NCBI GenBank assembly: GCA_903944345.1
Contig: CAJARJ010000018.1
Coordinates: 120,581 to 184,580 of the forward strand
Direction: 5' to 3'
Length of the DNA stretch: 64,000 nucleotides
Origin: Candidatus Omnitrophota bacterium
Lineage (GTDB): Bacteria > Omnitrophota > Gorgyraeia > Zapsychrales > Fredricksoniimonadaceae
Shown here piece by piece: positions 55,744-64,000 of this stretch. The notes beneath the pieces are model-generated. The model was not told where the DNA came from, did no database searches, and was given only the letters and a program-made list of their open reading frames with translations. Position 1 is the stretch's first letter. Each line of letters starts with the position of its first letter. The translations under genes were made by a program, and so were the position numbers.

Positions 55744-58700
55744 TCAACGGGGATCAAAGCCGAGGAAACCCAAAAGATCTTCCTGTGCATGAACCGCGAT
55801 AATCACCGGCGAGAGGCCGGGCGTGTCACGTAGCGCCTTGAGCTGGGCTGAATCGATGTGAAACCGCAGAGCTCTGCCGGAGAACCCGACCTCCAGCCTG
55901 TCTGCCACAAGCCCGAGATCGACACCGCCAACAGGAGTGTCCGTTTCTGCGGCTTCGTTCGTAATCTGCACCGGGACAAAAAGATTCTCAACTATCCCGT
56001 CTTTCAAGAAAACACCATCCGGGACATTCTGCGCTGCAGCCTGGTAATTCATTTTTATCGGCTCATGCAAATGCAACGTCAGCTGCGGTTGGCGGTAAAG
56101 ACCCGCGCTTACCTTGACCAGAACCGGCGCGCCATTTTCATCCTGCATAGGCAAAGCACCGTAAGCATCAGAATACATAAAAGAAGAACGCCCGGGGAAA
56201 AGACTCAGATTAAAAGAACGCAAATCATTAAAACTGCGCATGATCTCCTGCGCCGGTCGATGCGAGGTGGTCACAAGCACGGGCAGTCCGGTCCGGAAAG
56301 AAAGGGCCTCAAACAGTCGATAAAGCCTGAGAATATCCCTTGTCCCAAACTGTTCGCTCTCCTCGATGACAATCGCCGGAAACTTTCTGCTTTCTTCCTG
56401 CACAATCATAAGCCTGACCATCCTCCGGGGCGGACTAACCTGCCCGTTCTCGTCAAGGAATGTCGCCGCCTTTACCGTTCCGTTAGAAATATACCCCGTT
56501 AGGCCGCGGTTGAGATCATTGGAATACGTGACACTCTGGCAAGCCGTTGACCCGGGATAATTGCCGATGTTCAGCAAAGCATAATAATCATCCGTAAAAG
56601 ACGCCCGCAAGCCTTCCCCCAGATCTATCTCAAGCGTTTCTTCCCAGGAACGTATCTTTTTAACCCTGGACTTAAGTTCATCGAATCCCTCGACTGCCAT
56701 CAGTTTCCTGTAAAAGCCCGCCTCGGATGTTACCCCGAAAGCCGCCTCCAGTCTGCCTTGATCTTCCGGAGCAAGCTCCCCCATAAAAATGGCCACGGCC
56801 TCGTCCAGAACCTTGAGATAATCCGGACTGGCATACTTCCATTGCCGGAACTCCCCGCGCGCTTCCGCCAGCAAGGCATCAAACATGTTGACGTAAATCT
56901 CCTCATCCTGGACACGTGACAAATACGTGCTGAGCAAATCCTTTATGCTGCGCTTCTCATGATCCAGCCATGAACTACGAGGATTATCAGGAGAAAAGTA
57001 CTCCCTTAACTCGGAAAATTCCTCCCCGCTAACCGGACGCAAGCGGCCGACCCGTTCTGCAAGAATGATCAAGTCTTTATCGGCATACATTTTTAGAAAA
57101 TCGCCGATGGCCCTGCGGTCGATCTGACCGGATCCGGCCTGCGCCAGGATATCAGCAGCCCGGGCGAACAGACCTTCACCGGAAGGATCATCAAGAGCCC
57201 GGAAAACCTTGTCAAACGCGCTTAACAATCCGGATAATTCTTCCGCCCAGGACGCCAGATTTGTTCTTGCCGGAAATCCAATTTCCGAATGCAGGAATTG
57301 CATCATCGCCGTAAAAACAGCCGTTTTTTCAGGATTCTTCTCAACGGACAATCGCGCTAGTGATTCATAAAGCCTGTTCTTGATCAACGACGATCCCGGT
57401 GCATTGTAAGCCGCCCTCATAAGAACCGCGAACAGCTGCATATCCTCCCGGGACTTTGCAAGCCGCAACAAAGGCTCAAAAAACACATGCGGTATCTGCG
57501 TCTGAACCGAAACAAGCACTCCCCCATCCTGATCAACAACTCCGGATTTGAGCTCTTCCAGCCCGGCCAGAAGTTTCGGGTCTCTTTTGGTTGCGGCCGC
57601 AAGGCTGCCGGTGACCTGTTCTTGCACGGCAACAGGCAACTGGCGCAAGAATGCAAAGCCATATTCCCGCAGGCTGTCTGCGGCTGAGAAAGAGTCCTCA
57701 TGATCTGCAGACGAGAGATCCCGGAATTTCTGAAGTCTGAGGGCCATGTCAGGATTCCCGGCATTGGCCAGGACTGTGCCAATAAACTTGCCTTTACCGT
57801 CAACCTTCGACAATGTATTCAGTTTAAATTCAATAATGGGTAATAACCCGATCTGTGCCAGACGCTCCTGCGGCAAATACCTTTCGACAGCTCTGACAAG
57901 ATTGGGCAAAGTCGCAGACTGTTTGACCCCTTCAAGGAAGCCCGGAACATCTACTGGAGCCGCAGTCCCTGCCGCCAGAAGAATGTCCCCCAGAAATACA
58001 ATCTGATCGCTGAGGACAAACAGGTTGGAAACAATAAACTCAAACTCGCGCATCAGCTGATCAATATCAAGATCTTCCCTTGCCTTAAACCTGGCCCTTA
58101 AATCTGTTCTTAATTCTTCCAGGGACTGTTTGGGATCATCCCGAATAAACGCCAGAATCCGGGACAACTCCTCAACCGATACCCAGCCCAACAAACGCTG
58201 GATGTCCTCCAGCTTGACGGCATACTGTTGCGAATCGTTATAAAAGAACTCTTCGAAAACCTTCCTGTCGGCCCCGACATCCCTTCCCTCCGAAAAAAGA
58301 AGATCAAACAGCTCGTTCTTCTGGTCTTCTCCCAGCCTTCTGATCGCAGGATGTTCCACCTTCTCACGGTTGAGTTCCCTTGCGACCCAGTTAATCTGGC
58401 CACGGAACTCCGGATCGTAGACCCGGCGGACATCCCCGCGCTCCTTAAGATAGCGGGCGACCTTGATGTTAACACCAAACAACCGCGCAATCTGGACATC
58501 CGGCAGAGCACGAATCACGCCTAAAAGCACAACCGCCGTTTCAGGATCATTGCGCACAAGAGCTTCGATAGCCTTGCCCGTCACCCCGGGGAAATGGCCC
58601 GCCAGAAACTGCAACCGGGCAAGAATTAACCCGTATGTTCTGGATGCTGATTCTGTTCCTGCAACAGATCTGGCGAGAAACTCCGTATGGAAGATATCCA

Positions 58701-61700
58701 GCAAACTTTTAACAACCAGTCGGGATTGACGATCTCCGTTATAGGATAATTTTCTTAAGATTTCTATCTCCCACTCTCCCGCTGTCTGCTGTGAGGACAA
58801 ATCATTCTCTGTGCGCTCCTGTGCGAGGGCCCGCGCCAGACGCTGAACCATGACCTGACGTAAACCATCGGCAACGCTATCCTCAAGCGCTCCGGCCTGA
58901 GTGAGAATACCACTCGCCTCGCGGAGAAGAACTTCATTTGCCCCGCCGTTGAGAACAATATCCAGAAGAACATTCCCGGGCCGGGCCGCGACTCTGGCTC
59001 TTATTAAGCGCCAGGACTCCAGTGTCATCTCATCCCCTGCATTCACCGCAAGCTGGTATGCTTGTTGAATCTCCGCCTCATATGACCCCAGGTCAAAAGC
59101 CTCCGGCAACTCATCCCACTTCTGCAGAATCTGTTGCGGATCATAAGCCAGAAGAAACATCAAGATCCTGCGTAAATCATCCGGATTCTTTCTCTCGATC
59201 CTGTCCAAAAGGCCTTTCCAGACTTCAGCCTGGCGATCTGGCTCTGTTCCGGAAACAATAACCGGAGCTAACAACATTAAACTATCGTATGCCCATCGGT
59301 TTTGACTGCACAAACGCTCGATATCCGCCCAGGAATCAGCGAGCAAATCCGGCCCCAGAGACTCACCCAGAACAGAAAGAAATCTGGCCGGTGAGCTGTC
59401 ATCCTGCCGCAAACCGTACAAATAATGAAAATAATCCTCGGCATCCGCGATTAATTCTTCTGCCCGGTGCCCGAATGCCTCCATAAAAACAACCACAAAT
59501 TCAAAAAGCGTAACTCTGTCTATCCCGGACACCTCTTGCCCGGTCATCTGCCCAACCACGGGGACGACTAGCTCCTGATGTGCCAGATACCATTCCCCCG
59601 CACCACCGGACATAAACCGCAACAGAAGCGGCCTGACACCCGTACGCTCGCTCATAGGCAGCAGGCTCTCAAATATCCCCGCCCGGCTGACGATCAGCGG
59701 AAGCCAGGTTCGCCATCGAACAAGCCGATATTCCGCACTCTTAAGAGCCTCGGACATAAGAGCAACCACAAGATTTCTGTCATAACTTCCCGTCGGTGGA
59801 AATCTCCCTGCGATCTGCGCCACAGCAGGGTTAATCTCTTGCAAAAACGTCTCCAGTTCCATATCAGAAGCGAGCAAGGCGACAAGATCATAGGTATACT
59901 CCTCAACATAACCCAAAGAGTCTCCCCATTGATTGAGTCCCGAAACAATCTGCTCTCCCAGCAAACGTGCATCAACACGAAAAACATCTTTCCCATAAAC
60001 TGAAACCAGTGCTCTGATAAAACCCAGAACGGCGGGTCTGTGCAGGTGCTGGATTGTATTTAACGGCCCGCAGAGCGAATCAATCCAGTCGTTGAACTTC
60101 CGCCCGGAGATGCCGATATCGTTCCCTGTTCTCTCAAGCACTGTCAAAAAAACCGTTTCAAGAAAACCTCTGTCCGCGCCAGCCTTCTCCGGAAGAAAGA
60201 AACCAAAGATATCTTCATCCGATTCTCCCCAAAAATTCTGCAGTCCGCGAGACTCCTTCCAGGCCAGAATACTGGCGACACGTCGCAGCTGAACATCAAT
60301 CCAGGCATCTAATCCGACCGTTTTTTCGACCAGGGCAAGGAACCCCCCCGTAAAATATGCCCAGTGCTTGCGGATTTTCTCCCTTCCCATATATTCAACG
60401 GCCACGCCCAGTAAATAAATCCTTCTTTCCGCATCTTTCTGCCCCAGCCATGGCGGAAGATGCGTTTCAAAGTCTTCCCATGCGTCAGCACCTTCCGGCT
60501 GAGCACGCAATCCGATAAGATTCTTCACGGCTGACTCAAGGCTCCAATCGGACACCTCAGGCGAAGCGGCTGCGGCCAGCTGATGCGTAAAGTTCAGAAT
60601 GGAAGAAGCGTGGGCAATAAAGCGTGCTCCTCCGATTCTCCCTTTCATTCCCTTTAGAACACCATTAAGAACCCCAACAAATTTTTTTCTTGATTGCGAC
60701 GGTAATGTGGCAAACGTTTCCGCCCATTGGCCGCTTAGTTCCGGCCAGAATGCTATGAAATTCCGTTCCCCTTCAAGGACATCCGCAACGCTCCGGATCA
60801 CCGAAACATAATCTTCTCCCAATCCGGGATATTTTCCGTCATCATCAACTTTTCTGACAATAGCTGCCACCCCCTCGATAAATCCTTCCTGTTTCAGCCA
60901 GTCCCGGGGGTATTTCGCATGAACTTCTTTCCACACCGCAGCAATTCTTGCGCCATCATCTCCCGTTTCAAGAACAAGCGCAAGCATATCCGACAAACGC
61001 TCCAGAGTCTCTGCCTCTTGACCGGAAGAACTCTCTTCCAGCATCAACTCCAGCATATTGCGCAAAGCATAACTTTTGACCTGATCGGCATGCACAGCAA
61101 ACAGTTTTCTGGCAGCTTCAAACAGGGTTGCCCCATTATTACGCCACCCCTCCATGCCTGCTTTCTGTGCCAGGGAAACAACTGCCCCGGGCAAGGCACT
61201 GTAAAGCATGCCGGAGAGCTGTCTGGGCGGAGTTCCTGCAAAAAATGACCAGACGCTGTCAAATAGTTCCGGATTTTCCTGTAACGGGAAATAAACCTCT
61301 TCCACAAGACGCTTTGCGAGAAACACTCCCACTCCGTTCCTGAGCAAGCCAAAAATACGCCGCCAGATCTCGGGAGGAATCCGTTCAGGATTCTCCTGCC
61401 ATTCTGCCGGATGCCATAACAGCTGCAGCCCGGAACGTATATCCTCAGCCTCGCTCAACAAGCCATTATCACGCCAGAATTCTACCTGACTGCGAAAAAA
61501 GGCAAGATCAGCCATTGAAGGAGAACCGAACATCCCGGCCTGATAAACAATGGCTTTATTCAGCCTCCGGGCAAGTGAACGTGCGCGCGAACCAACCTTG
61601 GGCTCCTCTGCACTCTGACCGTGCACTCCTGCTACCGCTGTCTGCAAGGTGCGAACGGATTGACGCAAGGAAGGTTTTAACATGACCCGCAGCCCATAAT

Positions 61701-62868
61701 ATGTACCCTTTATCGCCCCGCCCATCCGGCTTAAAAAACCGGAACGATCTGCTGTGGTAATCTGCATTGCTTTATCCATCTCACCGGCAAAAGAAAATCC
61801 ACCGGCAAAATATTTGCGCGGGATAAGCTCTCCCGAATACACATCCTGCTCGTCTCTGATTATGTCGTAAGCCCCCTGTTTGAATGACTGGATATAACGC
61901 TGCCAGATCTTTTCACTTTCATCGGGATCCGCCATGTCAACCCCCGCCACTCTGCCGCGATCTACGTACACCCGGGACAACAAACTCTCCTTGATCTTGC
62001 GCTTGTACCACGCCGAGAGGACGAGCGAATAGTACGCCTGCCGCAAGCGGGCAAACCCGGCGCCATAATTAACCTCGTGCTCAAGAACCGGGAGTACCAC
62101 TTCACGAAACACCGGCCTGACCAACTCCTGCATAGAACCTTCAGAAGGAACACTCTCTTCTTGCGATTGAAACGAATTATTTTTCGTAACCGCCAGATAA
62201 TCTGTTTCCAGAAGCACTTTAAGCCTGGTCTCGGTCACATAAGCTGCCACCTCGGTCTGTCCATCCTCTCCATCTGATTGCCTCTCAAAAATAGCTGCCC
62301 GATCAGGCATGATCCAGACTTTATTAAACGTATCAACCGGAATATCTGTCGTACCGTAGCGTGCAAATGCCCGCGCGTAAACCTTCTGCCAGAACGCTTT
62401 CCCTGCCTCCTCTTGCGGATAAAGTAAAGAAGAGGCCAGCTGCTTGAGCAAATAATCTTGCGCCAGCAAATCCCGCCCCATCTCGGTCTGTCCAAACTCG
62501 TTGACTATAATGCGGCTTTTTTCATAAGGCGAAAGGTTGACCCACAGATCTTTCTCCGGTATGGTCAAGCCCGCCAAAAAGTACCGAATCAGGCGTGGGG
62601 CTTCTGTCTGCAAAATCTCATCTGAAGTCTTTCCGGAGGGAGGAGCATCACTGGCAGCCAAAATAAAATCCAGCCGAAGAGGATCGGCTTCCTGCACCCT
62701 GACTCCTTTAAGAACTGGCGGAGAATAATCGACACTCAAGGCCACCCTGGTTCCTGGCACCGGCAGCAGGGACGCCGACTGCCCGTAGACAGGAGGCATG
62801 CTACTGGTCGTAAACAAAGCCGCAAGCACAGTCAGACAGACTATTCTTTTGACTCCGTTAGACATCAT
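55744..62868 (-). CDS. 2374-aa secreted giant protein
   Basis: Uninterrupted ORF, RBS AAGGAGAG, signal peptide; motif-dense N-terminal domain, long helical middle, GGVDL C-terminal motif. Confidence 0.9.
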   Translation of the reverse strand: MMSNGVKRIVCLTVLAALFTTSSMPPVYGQSASLLPVPGTRVALSVDYSPPVLKGVRVQEADPLRLDFILAASDAPPSGKTSDEILQTEAPRLIRYFLAGLTIPEKDLWVNLSPYEKSRIIVNEFGQTEMGRDLLAQDYLLKQLASSLLYPQEEAGKAFWQKVYARAFARYGTTDIPVDTFNKVWIMPDRAAIFERQSDGEDGQTEVAAYVTETRLKVLLETDYLAVTKNNSFQSQEESVPSEGSMQELVRPVFREVVLPVLEHEVNYGAGFARLRQAYYSLVLSAWYKRKIKESLLSRVYVDRGRVAGVDMADPDESEKIWQRYIQSFKQGAYDIIRDEQDVYSGELIPRKYFAGGFSFAGEMDKAMQITTADRSGFLSRMGGAIKGTYYGLRVMLKPSLRQSVRTLQTAVAGVHGQSAEEPKVGSRARSLARRLNKAIVYQAGMFGSPSMADLAFFRSQVEFWRDNGLLSEAEDIRSGLQLLWHPAEWQENPERIPPEIWRRIFGLLRNGVGVFLAKRLVEEVYFPLQENPELFDSVWSFFAGTPPRQLSGMLYSALPGAVVSLAQKAGMEGWRNNGATLFEAARKLFAVHADQVKSYALRNMLELMLEESSSGQEAETLERLSDMLALVLETGDDGARIAAVWKEVHAKYPRDWLKQEGFIEGVAAIVRKVDDDGKYPGLGEDYVSVIRSVADVLEGERNFIAFWPELSGQWAETFATLPSQSRKKFVGVLNGVLKGMKGRIGGARFIAHASSILNFTHQLAAAASPEVSDWSLESAVKNLIGLRAQPEGADAWEDFETHLPPWLGQKDAERRIYLLGVAVEYMGREKIRKHWAYFTGGFLALVEKTVGLDAWIDVQLRRVASILAWKESRGLQNFWGESDEDIFGFFLPEKAGADRGFLETVFLTVLERTGNDIGISGRKFNDWIDSLCGPLNTIQHLHRPAVLGFIRALVSVYGKDVFRVDARLLGEQIVSGLNQWGDSLGYVEEYTYDLVALLASDMELETFLQEINPAVAQIAGRFPPTGSYDRNLVVALMSEALKSAEYRLVRWRTWLPLIVSRAGIFESLLPMSERTGVRPLLLRFMSGGAGEWYLAHQELVVPVVGQMTGQEVSGIDRVTLFEFVVVFMEAFGHRAEELIADAEDYFHYLYGLRQDDSSPARFLSVLGESLGPDLLADSWADIERLCSQNRWAYDSLMLLAPVIVSGTEPDRQAEVWKGLLDRIERKNPDDLRRILMFLLAYDPQQILQKWDELPEAFDLGSYEAEIQQAYQLAVNAGDEMTLESWRLIRARVAARPGNVLLDIVLNGGANEVLLREASGILTQAGALEDSVADGLRQVMVQRLARALAQERTENDLSSQQTAGEWEIEILRKLSYNGDRQSRLVVKSLLDIFHTEFLARSVAGTESASRTYGLILARLQFLAGHFPGVTGKAIEALVRNDPETAVVLLGVIRALPDVQIARLFGVNIKVARYLKERGDVRRVYDPEFRGQINWVARELNREKVEHPAIRRLGEDQKNELFDLLFSEGRDVGADRKVFEEFFYNDSQQYAVKLEDIQRLLGWVSVEELSRILAFIRDDPKQSLEELRTDLRARFKAREDLDIDQLMREFEFIVSNLFVLSDQIVFLGDILLAAGTAAPVDVPGFLEGVKQSATLPNLVRAVERYLPQERLAQIGLLPIIEFKLNTLSKVDGKGKFIGTVLANAGNPDMALRLQKFRDLSSADHEDSFSAADSLREYGFAFLRQLPVAVQEQVTGSLAAATKRDPKLLAGLEELKSGVVDQDGGVLVSVQTQIPHVFFEPLLRLAKSREDMQLFAVLMRAAYNAPGSSLIKNRLYESLARLSVEKNPEKTAVFTAMMQFLHSEIGFPARTNLASWAEELSGLLSAFDKVFRALDDPSGEGLFARAADILAQAGSGQIDRRAIGDFLKMYADKDLIILAERVGRLRPVSGEEFSELREYFSPDNPRSSWLDHEKRSIKDLLSTYLSRVQDEEIYVNMFDALLAEARGEFRQWKYASPDYLKVLDEAVAIFMGELAPEDQGRLEAAFGVTSEAGFYRKLMAVEGFDELKSRVKKIRSWEETLEIDLGEGLRASFTDDYYALLNIGNYPGSTACQSVTYSNDLNRGLTGYISNGTVKAATFLDENGQVSPPRRMVRLMIVQEESRKFPAIVIEESEQFGTRDILRLYRLFEALSFRTGLPVLVTTSHRPAQEIMRSFNDLRSFNLSLFPGRSSFMYSDAYGALPMQDENGAPVLVKVSAGLYRQPQLTLHLHEPIKMNYQAAAQNVPDGVFLKDGIVENLFVPVQITNEAAETDTPVGGVDLGLVADRLEVGFSGRALRFHIDSAQLKALRDTPGLSPVIIAVHAQEDLLGFLGFDPR

Positions 62869-62910
62869 TCTCTCCTTCAGGCTTCAGACTCCACCTGAAG
62901 GAAAGAATGA
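62865..62910 (-). promoter_or_regulatory. Leader hairpin covering the RBS and start codon of the giant gene
   Basis: UCAUUCUUUCCUUCAGG, 12-nt loop, CCUGAAGGAGAGAAUGA (17 bp, one G-U). Confidence 0.65.
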
Positions 62911-62957
62911 CACATTATTAATAGGGAAACAAGGCGAGGCTTGGACGGCTTCCTGAA

Positions 62958-63245
62958 TCAGCGCCCGGCCAGAGAGTAAAGCACCCGGACAAGGAATGTC
63001 TGCAAGAACGCAACCGCCAGCAGCAGGATGATCGGAGAGATATCAATCGGAAGACGAGGAAGCCTGCGGCGGATCGGCCCCAGCAATGGTTCGGTGCTGC
63101 GTTCCAGAAACTGAACTATCGGATTAAAAGGATCAGGATTAACCCAACTGATCAGAGCCCGAAAGACAATCACCCAGGTATAAAGCCCACAAACCATATC
63201 CACAACCCGTGCCAGAGCCACAAACAAACTGGAAAAAATAAACAT
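62958..63245 (-). CDS. YggT family membrane protein
   Basis: ALISWVNPDPFNPIVQFL...TEPLLGPIRR...IDISP. Confidence 0.93.
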   Translation of the reverse strand: MFIFSSLFVALARVVDMVCGLYTWVIVFRALISWVNPDPFNPIVQFLERSTEPLLGPIRRRLPRLPIDISPIILLLAVAFLQTFLVRVLYSLAGR

Positions 63246-63246
63246 T

Positions 63247-64000
63247 TTAACCCTCCTGGGATTCTTTGACAAACGTCCTTGTCGGAAAAGGAATAATAAT
63301 TCCTTCTGCAGCATAAACTTTCAGGACTTCCTTGATAAAATCGTGTTTGACCAAATGCGACGAAGGCCAATCTTTCGCCCGCATGATCACATTAAGCCCG
63401 ATACTGTACTCTCCAAAAGTGTGATAACGGATAAAAGGATCAAAAGAAGGCACCCCTCCGGAGGACTCCTTCATAATCTTGCGGGCGACAGCCACGGTCA
63501 CCTGCTCCACTTTGTCCAGATCCGAGGCATAATGCACCCCAATGCCGACCAAAACCACCAGTTCCTGGCTGGGATAAAAATAATTCGTTACCCGCGTATT
63601 AACCAGGGTTTTGTTAGGAATGACCACCGTATTGTTATTCGACATGGTGATCCAGGTCGAGCGCCATCCGATACAGGCAACCGTTCCCTCTTCCCCCGAC
63701 TCCAGCTTAACAAACTGCCCGATCTGGATCGGCTTGTCCGCGATGAGCTGAACCCCCGAAAAGAAATTCTCCAGCGTCGGCTGCAAAGCCAGGGCCACCG
63801 CCAAAGAACCAATACCCAAAGAAGCTATCAGGGGAGTGATCGAAACCCCAAAGGTGTCCAGCAGAACCAGTCCGCCCATCACCACAACCACAACCCGGAC
63901 AAAGCCCTGTACGACTGGCCCCGAGGTGTGCAGTATTTCCACCCGGGCCGATGCATGCGAAATAAGTCCACGCAAAAACTTATCCACGAACAGAACTACA
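63247..64000 (-). CDS. mscS: Small-conductance mechanosensitive channel (partial, 5' end outside window)
   Basis: ASLGIGSLAVALALQPTLENFFSG, IGWRST, IPN, IPFP. Confidence 0.92.
   Translation of the reverse strand, partial: VVLFVDKFLRGLISHASARVEILHTSGPVVQGFVRVVVVVMGGLVLLDTFGVSITPLIASLGIGSLAVALALQPTLENFFSGVQLIADKPIQIGQFVKLESGEEGTVACIGWRSTWITMSNNNTVVIPNKTLVNTRVTNYFYPSQELVVLVGIGVHYASDLDKVEQVTVAVARKIMKESSGGVPSFDPFIRYHTFGEYSIGLNVIMRAKDWPSSHLVKHDFIKEVLKVYAAEGIIIPFPTRTFVKESQEG

Noticed and set aside
1-64000. CRISPR array, integrase, transposase or prophage genes
   Set aside because: No regularly spaced repeats or matching protein motifs seen by eye.

Overview
Bacterial chromosomal window with almost all genes on the minus strand. 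The gene set and a giant secreted protein suggest the PVC superphylum, probably Ca. Omnitrophota (inference). Left to right: a partial DUF255/YyaL gene; an ATP-grasp/alpha-E/Anbu/transglutaminase operon whose leader has a sigma70 promoter, an ANTAR-type double hairpin and a terminator; an AT-richer block (FadL porin, U32-like protein, fatty-acid desaturase, archaeal-type ATPase, HTH-Panacea/RelE-like toxin-antitoxin pair) beside the 3' end of tmRNA, with a degenerate att duplication; tmRNA, smpB and tRNA-Leu(CAG); TolC plus RND without an adaptor; a housekeeping run (purB-C-L-LOG-Q-M-D-E, tsaC-PTP fusion, rpiB, glyA, nrdR, tRNA nucleotidyltransferase, macro-Nudix); ydbH-ynbE-ydbL-like genes and hemW; two tandem 24-25 aa Lys/Ala-rich histone-H1-like micro-ORFs; pgi, mnmA and a biotin operon (birA-bioF-H-C-DA, no bioB); a 2374-aa secreted protein whose RBS and AUG sit in a 17-bp leader hairpin; yggT and a partial mscS. 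Best leads: ANTAR control of the Anbu operon, the micro-protein pair, the giant protein and its leader, and the FadL/U32/desaturase cluster. All calls come from reading motifs by eye; no searches were run.
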